Below are positions 1 to 11,597 of a stretch of 36,933 nt of DNA, piece after piece (positions within the stretch are counted from its first letter, which is position 1; every line of letters begins with the position of its first letter). Source of the DNA: Chiloscyllium plagiosum (Eukaryota); the NCBI RefSeq assembly GCF_004010195.1, contig NC_057757.1, positions 4,913,346-4,950,278 of the forward strand, read 5' to 3'. Below the pieces are notes generated by a model that saw only the letters and a program-made list of their open reading frames with translations, was not told the origin of the DNA and did no database searches. The translations under genes were made by a program, and so were the position numbers.

Positions 1-192
1 CTCGAACGCGCTCTCTCCCTCGAACGCGCTCGCTCGAACGCGCTCTCTCGAACGCGCTCTCTCGCTCGAACGCATGCTCGCACACTCTCTCTTTTCTCAC
101 ACGCGCACTCTCTCTCACATATGTAGTCACTCACTCTCACATGCACGCACTCTCTGTCTCTCACGCACTCTCTGTCTCTTGCGCACGCACGT
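1..192. repeat. Low-complexity CT/CG/CA microsatellite with CTCGAACGCG units
   Basis: Reiterated ctcgaacgcg, (ct)n and (ca)n are directly visible. Confidence 0.85.
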
Positions 193-369
193 GTGATACC
201 TTCCCAGGAGATTCTAGTTGGTTTTCTTTGCCTTTGCTGACCTGACCATCCTCTCCAGGCATCATCCTTGGACTGGTGAAAGGTATGGAGCACCATATCA
301 CCGGAGATGGAGTTATTGGGTACAGCAAGCTACACACTAGCATAGGACTTTTAAACAGATGATGCTTTC

Positions 370-720
370 ACGGGATGTAGGCGTCACTGACAGCTCCAGT
401 ATTTATTGCCCATCCTTCATTCCCTTCGAGAAGCTGCTGGTGAGCGGCACTTTGGACAGCTGTGATCCTCGGGCTGTCCTGGCGTTTGACCTAGTGACAG
501 CAGAGCGGCAGTATGGTTCCAAGTCAGGATGGCATGCGGCTCAGAAGGTGGTGGCATTCCTGTGCATCTGCTCCCCAGTCCTTCCAGCTTGGGAAGATCA
601 GCAGGTTTGAAAGGCTATGAAGAAGGAGATTTGCCAAGTTCGTTGCAAGCGTATTAATGGTGTCTGGGCATTTAATTAGTTGAGTCACGTTGTTGGGGGA
701 GTGTTGAGGGAAATGAGCTG
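370..720 (-). mobile_element. Degenerate LINE 3' fragment (common shark repeat)
   Basis: tttattgcccatccttcattcccttcgagaagctgctggtgagc resembles a recalled elasmobranch LINE 3' end; no intact ORF. Confidence 0.4.
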
Positions 721-797
721 TGAACCCGCTTGCCCTGCTGTCGGGTAATCCCTGTTTGTTGATCTGCATTTATATATTTTATCTGTCTCTGTTTCAG

Positions 798-862
798 ACA
801 GTCTGACCCTCGATTCCAGTCTCATCATGAACAACTCGGACATCACGCTCTTGTCTCGTTGA
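798..862 (+). CDS. C17orf49: Terminal coding exon of a BAP18 (C17orf49/BACC1)-like gene: (D)SLTLDSSLIMNNSDITLLSR*
   Basis: Acceptor ttttatctgtctctgtttcag at 797, phase 1, stop TGA 860-862. The peptide resembles the recalled C-terminus of the long BAP18 isoform (..NFDQDSLTLDSGLLMTS..LLS). An ALOX12-like neighbour fits human 17p13.1 synteny. Confidence 0.72.
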
Positions 863-1116
863 ACCTTCATCTCCTCCTCTTTCTCTGTCTCTCCTCCACC
901 ATTCAGTGTCCCCCTGACGGTCTCTCCAGAGGTATACCGCTTCAGACCGATGCCCGCTCTCTGAGTCGTCAGGACGACAGACTCCCCGCTGTGATGCCCA
1001 TCGCCACCTGGTCATGCTGCCTGGAGAACACCGTTGGGACTTTTTAACCAGCTTTCACACCTGGCTGCTTTGAGGGATTTTGTTTTAGAAGTGTTGCAGG
1101 TATAGATGGATTTCTT

Positions 1117-1122
1117 AATAAA
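1117..1122 (+). promoter_or_regulatory. Polyadenylation signal AATAAA of the BAP18-like gene
   Basis: AATAAA about 255 nt after the stop codon, followed by T-rich sequence. Confidence 0.6.
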
Positions 1123-1419
1123 AGACAAAATACTTCACATCCCTCTGTTTCAATCTGCATAACATCATTTGCATCTGCTAATTCTATTGTTTTTCCATCT
1201 ATTTAAAGGACTGCTCCTCTGATTCCCCCTCAGTGCAGTGCAGGACTATCAACCTAGATTATGCACTTCAGTTCCTTTCAGAATTGAGTGTTTTGAAGTG
1301 AGGGTGCTGCTACCAGCCAAGCCAGACTTGAATGAGTTTCGAAGATCAATTAAGAATTTCTCATCCTATCCTACATTTCAGTCTGTCCAGCTCAGAGATT
1401 GTTACACACTGACAGGTGT

Positions 1420-1862
1420 CCAACTCCGTCTTGGGGAGATATTTGTACGGATGCTACATCTCAGTCCCCTCTCTGTCTCTCAGGGAGATATCTGTACACT
1501 GCCTCATGTCTCTCAGTCCCCTCTGTCTCTCTCAGGGAGATACCTGTATACTGCCTCATATCTCTGAGTCTGCTCTCTCTGTCAGGGAGATATCTCTACA
1601 CTGCCTCATGTCTCTCAGTTCTGTCTCTCAGTTCTGTCTCTCAGTTCTCTCTCTCAGTTCTCTCTCTCAGTTCTCTCTCTCAGTTCTCTCTCTCAGTTCT
1701 CTCTCACTCTCTCTCTCTCTCTCGGAGATATCTGTACACTGGTGTCTCTCAGTTTCCCCTCTCTCAGGGAGGTAGCTTGTGAATCAGTCCCCTCTCTTTT
1801 GGAGAGATATCTGTACACTGACTGATAACTCTCAGTCCCTTACCTGGGGATACATCTGTCCT
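1420..1862. repeat. Minisatellite (~50 bp ctctcagggagatatctgtacactgcctcatgtctctcagtccc) with an inner 13-bp ctctctcagttct array
   Basis: Tandem copies are visible and explain the repetitive ORFs at 1238-1782. Confidence 0.85.
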
Positions 1863-1917
1863 ATGACTCTGTTTTGTAGTGAGAAAGTGTGTCATTGGAT
1901 CTAAAGGAGGACCACTC

Positions 1918-2552
1918 TTAGAATCAGACAGACATGCAGCAGAGAAACAGACCCTTTGATCCAACTCATTGTGCTGACCAGCCATCTCAAATTAATCTGC
2001 TCCCATTTGGCCCATATCTCTCTCAGCCCTTCCTATTCATGTATGCATCCAGATGCCTTTTAAATGCTGTAATTGTTCCTGCCTCCACCACTTCCTCTGG
2101 CAGCTCATCCCGTACACGCATCATCCTCTGTGTGAAAACGTTGCTCCTTAGGTCCATTTTAAATCTTTCCCCTCTCACTTTTAACCTATGCCGTCTAGTT
2201 TTGGCCTCCCTACCCTGGGAAAAAAGATGTTGACTATTCACCTCACAATGCCCTCACGATAAAACTTTTATCAACCTCAATAAGGTCACCCCTCGCCCTT
2301 CGACTCTCCAGGGAAAACAGCCCCAGCCTATTCAGCCTCTTCCCTATAGCTCAAATCCTCTGATCCCAGCAACATCCTTGGAAATTGTTTCTGCACCCTT
2401 TCAAGTCTAGCACCCCTCCGATGCTCCAGGGAAAACAGCCCCAGCCTGTTCAGCCTCTCCCTGTAGCTCAAATCCTCCAACCCTGGCAACAAGGAGCTGT
2501 GAACCTGCACTCCAAGGTCTCTTTGTTCAGCAACACTCCCTAGGACCTTACC
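1918..2552 (-). mobile_element. CR1 LINE 3' fragment, internally rearranged
   Basis: ORFs 2023-2241 and 2328-2510 encode CR1 ORF2 C-terminal peptides (TRRHRLKVRGERFK..FTQR; LSYRERLNRLGLFSLE). Confidence 0.85.
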
Positions 2553-3037
2553 AGCCTCAGAGTAAATAGAAATTCTCCTTGCCTCTTACGAGGGCAAGCC
2601 TTAATTTTAAAACGATGTCTCCTCTCATTCTAGACTACCCCAAAAAAGGAAACTTCCAGTCCTTTTCAAATCTGTTTAGGATCCTACACGCCTTCACTGA
2701 TTTGAGGCATTTCATCTCTGCCAGTGTGTGTGTGAGAGAGTGCCAGAGAAGTGTGTGAGGAGATAAGACGAATTCTGCAACTTGCAATGTTTTGGAATGT
2801 ACTCTTTCAACTTGGACGTGAGAGAGAATTGAAAAGTCGTGTTGTGGAGGAAAATGCACCAGGCATGTTCATCTCCCTCTGCTCACATCTCCGGGACAAC
2901 ATCACAAGGGTTTGGACAAAACTGCCCCCTGTCTCCAAAAACATTCCTTGAGAAGCAATTTGAGAAACAACTGTGTTACTGAAGAGATTCACAGGCGCTG
3001 ATGCTTTCTGCTTGGAGGAAACAAAACCTGCTGCTTT

Positions 3038-3089
3038 TGCAGTGGCATGAGGAGGCCAGCAGAGGGTGGCATTGTATCACTTTAAACAC
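3038..3089 (+). promoter_or_regulatory. CTCF-like site with upstream module (TGCAGT-N12-CCAGCAGAGGGTGGC) plus downstream ATTGTATCACTTTAAACAC
   Basis: Core is close to the CTCF consensus CCASYAGRKGGCR (one C>T); TGCAG upstream module lies at the spacing expected for ZF9-11. Confidence 0.6.
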
Positions 3090-3580
3090 CAGAAGGCAGA
3101 CTGAGACTTGGATTCATCACATTATTTATTTAATTCATTCATCCAATGAGCCCAGATCACACAGAGAATCAGTCCGTGACAGATAGGCAGTATTATAAGC
3201 AGTATAGCATTGAAATGCAACAGGATATTTAGATCAGTGGTAGGTGGAATTTAATGCAGACAAGTAGGAAGTTACTAAAATTGTGCAGTAATACAGGTCA
3301 CAGAGAGATGTATACTATTACCAACACTTACATTCACACATCATATAGATGTACGCACACAAACACATGTTACACCGAGATGTACAAACAGGCAGACACC
3401 ACTCTCATCTGTCAGCACAGCAGAGGGACAAATGTGTTAATTCACACATTGCAGCAATGTCAAGCTTGCTTTCCAGAAACAGGATATGGAGAACTCTGGG
3501 ATATGCACATTTCAATTAAGATGCAAATGATTGAATTAAAATATGATGAATAAATGTCTCTGACTCTTTCTGACCCTATT

Positions 3581-3632
3581 GTGTTTAAAGTGTTATAATG
3601 CCACCCTCTGCTGGCATCTTGGCGCCACTGCA
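3581..3632 (-). promoter_or_regulatory. Second CTCF-like module, inverted copy of 3038-3089
   Basis: Reverse complement reads TGCAGT-GGCGCCAAGATG-CCAGCAGAGGGTGGCATTATAACACTTTAAACAC; 33/35 identity to site 1 over core plus tail. Confidence 0.6.
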
Positions 3633-3794
3633 CAAGCGACAGTTTTTGGTCTCTGGGACAATTGGCTCCTGTCTTCGTTCATTCTATTGGTTCTGACACT
3701 TTCACATTGACCTGAGTGACGCAAAGGCACAAGGGGCTGTGCGGTGATCTCACCCCAAGATGGCCACATCCACAGGGCAAGGACTGACAAGGAG

Positions 3795-5190
3795 GACTAG
3801 CCAATAGGAAAGGGGAAGCATACATCAGGTCCTCAGGCAGCTAAGAACAGAACGCGCCTTGGAAGAATATCGGAAGAGTAGGACAAGTCTTAAACGAGGA
3901 ATCAAGTGGGCTAAACGGGGTCATGAAATAGCTTTAGCGAGCAGAATTAAGGAGAATCCCAAAGCATTTTATTCTTATATACGAAGCAAGCGGGTAACTA
4001 AAGGATAAGGAAGGAAGGCTGTGTGTCGAACCTGAGAAAATGGGTGAAATTCTGAATGATTACTTTGCATCAATGTTCACTGAGGAGAGGAACATGATAA
4101 ATGTTGAGATTAGAGATAGAAGTTTGATTAGTCTGGATCACGTTGACATAAGTAGGGAAGATGTGTTGGGTAGGCTAGAGGTTATGAAGGTGGACAAATT
4201 CCCAGGACCGGTTGGGATCTATCACAGGTTGCTGAGGGAGGCGAGAGAGGAAATAGCTGCAGCCCTGACAGATATCTTTGTGGCATCCTTAAATACAGGT
4301 GAGGTGCTGGAGGACTGGAGAGTTGCTCATGTTGACCCCCTGTACAAGAAGGTTAATAGGGATATTCCAGGTAACTACAGACCAGTGAGCCTGACATCAG
4401 TGGTGGGAAAGTTGCTGGAGAAGGTACTAAGGGATAGGATCTATTTATATTTAGAAAAGAATGGGCTTATCAGTGATAGGCACATGATTTTGTGCGGGGG
4501 AGATCGTGCCTTACCAAATTAATGGAGTTCTTTGAGGAAGTGACCAAGCTGATAGATGCTGTTGATGCTGAAGGGCTGTTGATGTCATATATATGGACTT
4601 TAGTAAGGCGTTTGATAAGGTTCCCCATGGTAACTAATGGAGAAAGTGAAGTAATCTGTTATGCAGGGTGTTGTAGCTAGGTGGATAAAGGACTGGTTGA
4701 GCAGCAGGAGACAGAGAGTAGCAGTTGAAGGGAGTTTCTCAAAATGGAGAAAGGTGACCAGTGGTGTTCCAAAGGGGTCAGTATTGGGGCCACTGTTGAT
4801 TGTAATATACATAAATGATCTGGAAGAGGGCACTGTTGGTATGATTGGCAAGTTCGCAGATGACACGAAGATTGGTGGAGTAGTAGAAAGCATAAGGGAC
4901 TGTCAGAGAACACAGGAGGATATAGATAGACTGGAGAGTTGGGTGGAAAAGTGGCAGATGGCATATCAATCCAGACAAATGTGAGGTGATGCATTTAGGC
5001 AAGACTAATTTTAGAGTCAATTATACAATGAATGGAAGAGCCTTGGGAAAAGTTGATGGGCAGAGAGATCTGGGAGTGCAGGTCCATTGTACCCTGAAGG
5101 TTCTGCACAGGTGGATAGAGTGGTCAAGGAGGCATATGGTAAGCTTGCCTTCATTGGACGGGGTATTGAGTATAAGAGCTAGCAGGTCAT
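3795..5190 (+). mobile_element. CR1 LINE, 5'-truncated ORF2 (RT), upstream part; interrupted by L1
   Basis: ORFs 4040-4522, 4661-4984 and 4986-5201 carry PGNYRPVSLTSVVGK, SGVPKGSVLGP and KFADDTK; frameshifted. Confidence 0.93.
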
Positions 5191-5522
5191 TTTTTTTATA
5201 ATATATTTTTATTCAGAAAAAATAGATTTTTAAATATTACAACAAATACAAAACAATGCAATTCAAAACAGTACAAAAATATTACAAATCTAAACCCAAA
5301 TAATAAAAAAGAATTCCCCAACCCACCCTCCTATACCGATGTATAAACATATGTAGAGAAGTATAAAATTAAAAAAACCCTAAACTAGCTATTTAATTAA
5401 ATAAATAAATACCTAACAACAAACAAATAAATAGTAATAACTCAGCCCAGCCAAACAAAACACTCATACATTCACAGTTCCTCCTCCCTGGATATTGGAC
5501 TCATGAAACACAATCGTTACGG

Positions 5523-8500
5523 CTATATAAAAGCCCTTGTTAGTGTGGCAGATAAATCTGTGTCCAGGTATTTCAAAAAGGGTTGCCATGCCTTGTAAAA
5601 ATTCTCAGTTTTGTGGTGTACCATATTTGTGAGAAAATCCAGGGAAATTTGCTCCATAACAATCTTCCGCCAACCCGACAGGCTGGGGGTGTTTTCTGAT
5701 TTCCAACCTAGCAAGGTATTCTTCCTTGCACAGAAAGTAAGAATATTGAAAAGGTTTGCCTAATGCGAGTCTGCAGGAAATACAAGGGGTAGGCCCAAAA
5801 GGAGAGAATTAGGGTCCTTCACCACCCCTACACCTAAAATCCTCTCCATGGCCCCCACCACAGCGCTCCAATATGTTGGAAGCCTGTCACAAGACCAAAG
5901 ACAATGGGTAAGAATACCCGTACAGACCTTGCACTTGGGGCATGCTGAAGATACCCCTGGTTTAAATTTTGACAAATGGTCTGGGGCTAAGTGGACCCTG
6001 TGGAGAATCTTCAACTGGAAAGCATGGGTCCTATTGCAAATTGATATCTTCCTTACATTCTCCCAAATATCCTCCCATGCCTCTGAAGAAACTTCAACAC
6101 CCAGCTCTCTTTCCCACATCTTGCAGAGTCGATCAGACTCATCTGAGGTGGCACCCCCCAATTGGTGATATAGAGTACTGACAGAGAGTGTACTCTTAGC
6201 CCTTAGTACCCCTCTTTCTATGTCAGATTTGTAGGGATCAGTCAAAAGTGTGGTCTTTTTTTGAATAAAATCCCGAACTTGAAAAAAAACGAAAGAGGTC
6301 TCTATTAAGTAACTAGTACTTCCGTACTAACTGATCAAAGGACATCATTAAATCTCTCTCAAATAAATCACCCATGCAAGATATACCCCGAGCTGCCCAA
6401 CGTTTAAATCCTGAATCTATCATACCTGGTTGAAAACACGGCATACCCACTAAAGGTGTAAACAAAGATGTTTCGCCAATATTACCTTCCCTCTGCCAAA
6501 TTGCCCTCCATGCTTTAACAGTATTGATGACTATTGGGTTATGGCAATATTCCCTAACTGTCCTCACCTTGTCCAAAAACAGCAAACTGGTAAGGGGGCA
6601 CCTTGCCTGGGAGACTTCGATATCTAGCCATATTGAAAAAGAGTCCCCACAAACCCAATCACTTACGTAGGTCAAAAGNNNNNNNNNNNNNNNNNNNNNN
6701 NNNNNNNNNNNNNNNNNNNNNNNNNNNNNNNNNNNNNNNNNNNNNNNNNNNNNNNNNNNNNNNNNNNNNNNNNNNNNNNNNNNNNNNNNNNNNNNNNNNN
6801 NNNNNNNNNNNNNNNNNNNNNNNNNNNNNNNNNNNNNNNNNNNNNNNNNNNNNNNNNNNNNNNNNNNNNNNNNNNNNNNNNNNNNNNNNNNNNNNNNNNN
6901 NNNNNNNNNNNNNNNNNNNNNNNNNNNNNNNNNNNNNNNNNNNNNNNNNNNNNNNNNNNNNNNNNNNNNNNNNNNNNNNNNNNNNNNNNNNNNNNNNNNN
7001 NNNNNNNNNNNNNNNNNNNNNNNNNNNNNNNNNNNNNNNNNNNNNNNNNNNNNNNNNNNNNNNNNNNNNNNNNNNNNNNNNNNNNNNNNNNNNNNNNNNN
7101 NNNNNNNNNNNNNNNNNNNNNNNNNNNNNNNNNNNNNNNNNNNNNNNNNNNNNNNNNNNNNNNNNNNNNNNNNNNNNNNNNNNNNNNNNNNNNNNNNNNN
7201 NNNNNNNNNNNNNNNNNNNNNNNNNNNNNNNNNNNNNNNNNNNNNNNNNNNNNNNNNNNNNNNNNNNNNNNNNNNNNNNNNNNNNNNNNNNNNNNNNNNN
7301 NNNNNNNNNNNNNNNNNNNNNNNNNNNNNNNNNNNNNNNNNNNNNNNNNNNNNNNNNNNNNNNNNNNNNNNNNNNNNNNNNNNNNNNNNNNNNNNNNNNN
7401 NNNNNNNNNNNNNNNNNNNNNNNNNNNNNNNNNNNNNNNNNNNNNNNNNNNNNNNNNNNNNNNNNNNNNNNNNNNNNNNNNNNNNNNNNNNNNNNNNNNN
7501 NNNNNNNNNNNNNNNNNNNNNNNNCCCTGAAAAAGTGCCAAACGTGTGAATGCATTGTATCAGGCAAGGCACTGAAACTGCTGGATTTGTCAAGAAAATT
7601 AGAACATCGTCTGCATACAGCGAGATCTTATGTAATGTTGACCCCACTTCTGGAGCTGATATATTGAGATTCCCACGAATGACCTCTGCCAACGGTTCAA
7701 TCACCAACGTAAAAAGTAATAGTGAAAGGGGACAGCTCTGCCGGCTGCCCCTAGAAATATTAAAATTGCTTGATCGTAGCCCGTTGGTAATGACCGCAGC
7801 GAGAGGTACACTGTAGAGAACCTTTACCAACCTTATGAAAACTTCACCCAGACCAAACCGGTCTAGAGTATAGAAAAGGTATGGCCACTCAACTCGGTCA
7901 AATGCCTTCTCTGCATCTAAAGAAATCACCAATCCCTGTATTGACTGATGTTGGCATGCTTGAATTACGTTAAGCAGCCTCCTAACGTTATTGGAGGATC
8001 TGCGACCCTTTATGAAGCCCGTCTGCTCCTCTTTAATAATAGAGGGTAACACAGTCTCCAGCCTTAACGCGAGAACCTTAGAGAGGATCTTAAAATCCAC
8101 ATTTAAGAGCGAGATGGGCCTGTATGAAGCACAGTCTTCCGGATCCTTCCCTTTTTTAAGGATAAGTGAAATATTGGCCTCTCTCAGAGATGGTGGGAGA
8201 CAATCATGACTGTATGAATCATTAAATATATTCAGCATCGGGCCTGACAGTATACTTATAAATTCCTTATAGAATTCACTGGGAAGTCCATCAGGACCGG
8301 GCACCTTTCCACTCTGAAGCTGCCTCACAGCTTCCTGCACTTCTTGCTCTGATAATGGGGTATTGAGAAAGGACTGCTGTTCGGGAGTCACACCCGGGAG
8401 CTTCAGATCTCTAAAAAAGGATTCCATTTTGGCCTGCCCCTCCTTACAATTCTCAGACTGAAATAACTTAGAGTAGAATCTCTGGAACGCCACATTAATC

Positions 8501-9699
8501 TTTTTAGAATCACATGTTAGGTTCCCAGACCCTTTCCTAATCGCTGTAATGGTTTGTGGGGCACTTTTCTTTCTGGCAAGGTATGCTAAGTATTTGCCTG
8601 GCTTGTCACCATGCACCTTTGCTTTGCAAAAGCCAGCTCCTTTGCTGTCTGTGTGAGCACTGAATTTAGTGCAGACCGCAATGCCGTAATCCTCTGTAGT
8701 TTGACCAACGAGGGTCAGTCAAAATAGGCCTTCTTGGCTGCCTTCAACCGTGCTTCAAGGAGACGTTGTTGCTCACCCTTCTGCCACTTCCTACTTGTGG
8801 AATATGAAATAACTAACCCCCTGGCATAAGCTTTGGCAGTTTCCCAGAGAACAGATGAGCTATCAACCGAGCCTATGTTGATGTCTAGGAATGCCCGATA
8901 TTCCCTAGAGAAATACTCCACAAACTTACTGTCCATGAGAATAAAAGGGTCCATTTGCCAGTACCTTGAATCCACTATAACATCCTTAATCTTAACCATG
9001 AGGTACATTGGAGCATGATCAGAGATGGCAATATTACCAATCGTACAGGATGCCACCAGATCCAGGGTTACCGCAGGGGTCAGAAAAAAATCAATCCTCG
9101 TGTGACATTTTTGCGGATTGGAGAAAAACGCGAAATCCCTACCTGTAGGGTGGAGACACCTCCAGACGTCCACCAACCCTAATTCCCCACACAAACCCAA
9201 TAAGTGCTTAGTTTGTGCAGAGGGTATCGAGGGACCTTTAGGCAACCTGTCTACTGTGGGGTTCATGAGGCAGTTAAAATCCCCCCTATAGTGATGTGCC
9301 GAGACTTGAGACTTATCAGTTTAGAAAAAGCATCTACCAAGAATTTAAGAGGATGAACTGGGGGACAATAAACATTTAAAATGCCATATTCTTCCCCATT
9401 TATCAAGGCTTTAATAATTACAAACTTCCTGTATGTGTCTTTAACACATTCCAACAATTTAAATGAGAGATTTTTCCTAACCAATATAGCCACTCCCCTA
9501 CTTCTGGTATTAAATGATGAAAAATAAACTCGATCAAAGCCATTCTGCTGTAATTTCAGATGCTCCTTGTCATCCAAATGTGTCTCCTGTAACAAAGCAA
9601 TATCTCCTTTCTAAGACTCAAGAGTACCTTCTTCCTCTTAATTAGTGAGTGACTTCCCTTGATATTCCAGGTACACCATTTAATCAAATCATTAGCCAT
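5523..9699 (-). pseudogene. L1 ORF2 (APE endonuclease, RT, Cys-rich C-terminus), frameshifted
   Basis: Start MANDLIKWCTWNIKG at 9699; LQETH, RIDFFL, SDH, YRPISLLNVDFK, SLDAEKAFDRV, LYADD and CPKC..H..WSC; split over several ORFs. Confidence 0.92.
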
Positions 9700-9834
9700 A
9701 ATCTTCTGCAATAACATTTAAATTCCAGAGAGGAGGAACCCGAACCACAAATTGCTAGCCTTTCTGTCGCGTGGTCCACCAAATATAAAAACTACATAAA
9801 CTAAAACCACTACATTTAACAAACACACAAAATT

Positions 9835-9876
9835 ATGGTGGCACAGTGGTTAGCACTGCTGCCTCACAGCACCAGA
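9835..9876 (+). mobile_element. Isolated 5' head fragment of a tRNA-derived HE1-type SINE inside the L1 inter-ORF spacer
   Basis: atggtggcacagtggttagcactgctgcctcacagcaccag nearly matches the starts of the SINEs at 17090 and 28608. Confidence 0.75.
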
Positions 9877-10045
9877 AAATGTACATCTTAACCACCGCCA
9901 GACATAGTTTGAACCAAATTATTATCAATAGAGGAAAAATAAAGGGGAAAAAAACAAAGCTCCAACCGGATTTCCTCCATTTCTTTTCCAGAATGATAAA
10001 CGCATACCCAAGCAACGATATTTATACATACTACAATTGTTTAAC

Positions 10046-10835
10046 TTAGGTTAGTTTGTCCACAAAGTCTCTTGCCTTCTCCGATGTGTCAAAGAGAGGC
10101 ATGGATCCATCTAAGGTGATCCGAAGCACTGCCGGATATCTCAGGGAGTACTGAATCCCAAGCTCCTTCAGTCTTCTCTTGACACCATCATACAATTTTC
10201 GTTTCTGGATCACCGCCGCTGAAAAGTCCTGAAAAAACATGATCTTAGAACCCTTGTAAATTAGGGCCTTTGGATCCTTCCCCTGGAGTCTGGAAGCCTC
10301 CATGACTCTCTCCTTATCCCGGTAATGATGGAACCGCACCAGGAAAGGACGAGGGCGTTGACCCAGACCTGACCTACGTGCTGCGACCCGGTGAGCCCTC
10401 TCTATCTTCAATCCTCTCATGCCAGTCTCCAAGTCAAGGAATTTCAGAAGCCAATCTTCAACAAATTCCGCAGGCCTGTCCCTCAGGCAGACCGATGATC
10501 CTGCCCCTGTTTTCAAGATCATCCACTTGGTCACGCAAATTACGATCCTGCGTCTTCAGGGCTTGGATCTCTTCCTTGAATGAACTGGCATCAGCTTCCA
10601 CCACTTTGACCCTGTACTCCACCTCATCCGTCCTCTTCTCCAGGTCTCCCAGCTGCTGGTCATGCTTCTGCAGCATGAGAGAGACTGGAGCCAGCTTCTC
10701 TTCAATCTGTTTCCCCAACATCTCACGAGGTTTCAAGAGCTGGTTCACCAGGTCCTGGAGAATAATCGGCTCCGAGGCTGCTGCAGGCTGAACTGCAGGC
10801 CCGGCCTCGGATGCTCCTCCTCCCTTTTTAGGCAT
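10046..10835 (-). pseudogene. L1 ORF1 (coiled coil, RRM, CTD; Transposase_22-like), frameshifted
   Basis: ORF 10458-10835 (coiled coil, DDLENRGR-IIGLPEG) and ORF 10046-10534 (IERAHR, PRPFLVRF, FFQDFS, YPAVLRIT). Confidence 0.9.
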
Positions 10836-11030
10836 TTCTGGACAGCTGAAAATACAGGTAAGTCAATTTTTAAATGCTTCTTGGGGCTCCACCATCTTTC
10901 CAACGCCTCAAGAAATCCTGATGACCTGGGTTGGGCAGGTTAAAGGACCGTCCTGCTTCTGCTGTGATGCAAAGCTCTGCAGTGTGATCTTCTCAGATCG
11001 CCGCCATCTTAGATCCCACCGGCAGGTCAT

Positions 11031-11597
11031 ATTAAAATTATACAACACATTGATTTGGCCACATTTGGAATACTGTGTACAGTTCTGGTGGCCACATTAC
11101 CAAAAGAATGTGGACGCTTTGGAGAGGGTGCAGAGAAGGTTTACGAGGATGTTGCCTGGTATGGAAGGTGCTAACTATGAAGAGAGGTTGAGTAGGTTAG
11201 GTTTGTTTTCATTAGAAAAAAGGAGATTGGGAGGGGGGACCTGATTGAGGTTTACAAAACCATGAAGGGTATAGACACGGTGGATAGAGATAAGTTTTTG
11301 TCCAGGGTGAAGGATTCAACAACGAGAGGTCACGCTTTCAAGGTGAGAGGTGGAAAGTTTAAGAGGGATACTCGCGGCAAGTACTTCACACAGAGGGTGG
11401 TGGGCGTTTGGAACGTGTTGCCAGCAGAAGTGGTAGAGGCAAGCACGGGAGATTCATTTAAGATGCGTCTGGACAGATGCGTGAGTAGGTGGGGAGCAGA
11501 GGGATACAGGTGCTTAGGAATTGGCCGACAGGTTTAGGCAGTACATTTGGATCGGCTCAGGCTTGGAGGGCCGATGGGCTGTAATCTTTGTTTTTTG
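11031..11597 (+). mobile_element. CR1 LINE 3' part (continuation of 3795-5190)
   Basis: LEYCVQFWWPHYQK..LERVQRRFTRM and TRGHAFKVRGGKF..FTQRVV; colinear with the upstream part across the L1. Confidence 0.93.

Larger units (their letters stand above)
5191..11021 (-). mobile_element. Full-length L1-clade LINE (~5.8 kb including an N-gap), TSD GCAGGTCAT
   Basis: Poly(A) end at 5191 with AATAAA on the minus strand; ORF1 and ORF2 present; 5' end GGTGGGATCTAAGATGGCGG; TSD at 5182-5190 and 11022-11030; the CR1 resumes at 11031. Confidence 0.93.

Noticed and set aside
1238..1782. Ser/Leu-rich ORFs of 109-127 aa
   Set aside because: Translations of a minisatellite.
3759..3792. ATGGCCACATCCACAGGGCAAGGACTGACA as a remnant of lipoxygenase exon 1 (MATY.V.V.TG), with LVGQG at ~11631 beyond the CR1
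   Set aside because: Needs several substitutions within ten codons; chance-level similarity. It also reads as a YY1 motif.
6603..7667. Long ORFs across N-gaps (also 14155-14746 and 29071-29934)
   Set aside because: Artefacts of N runs lacking stop codons.
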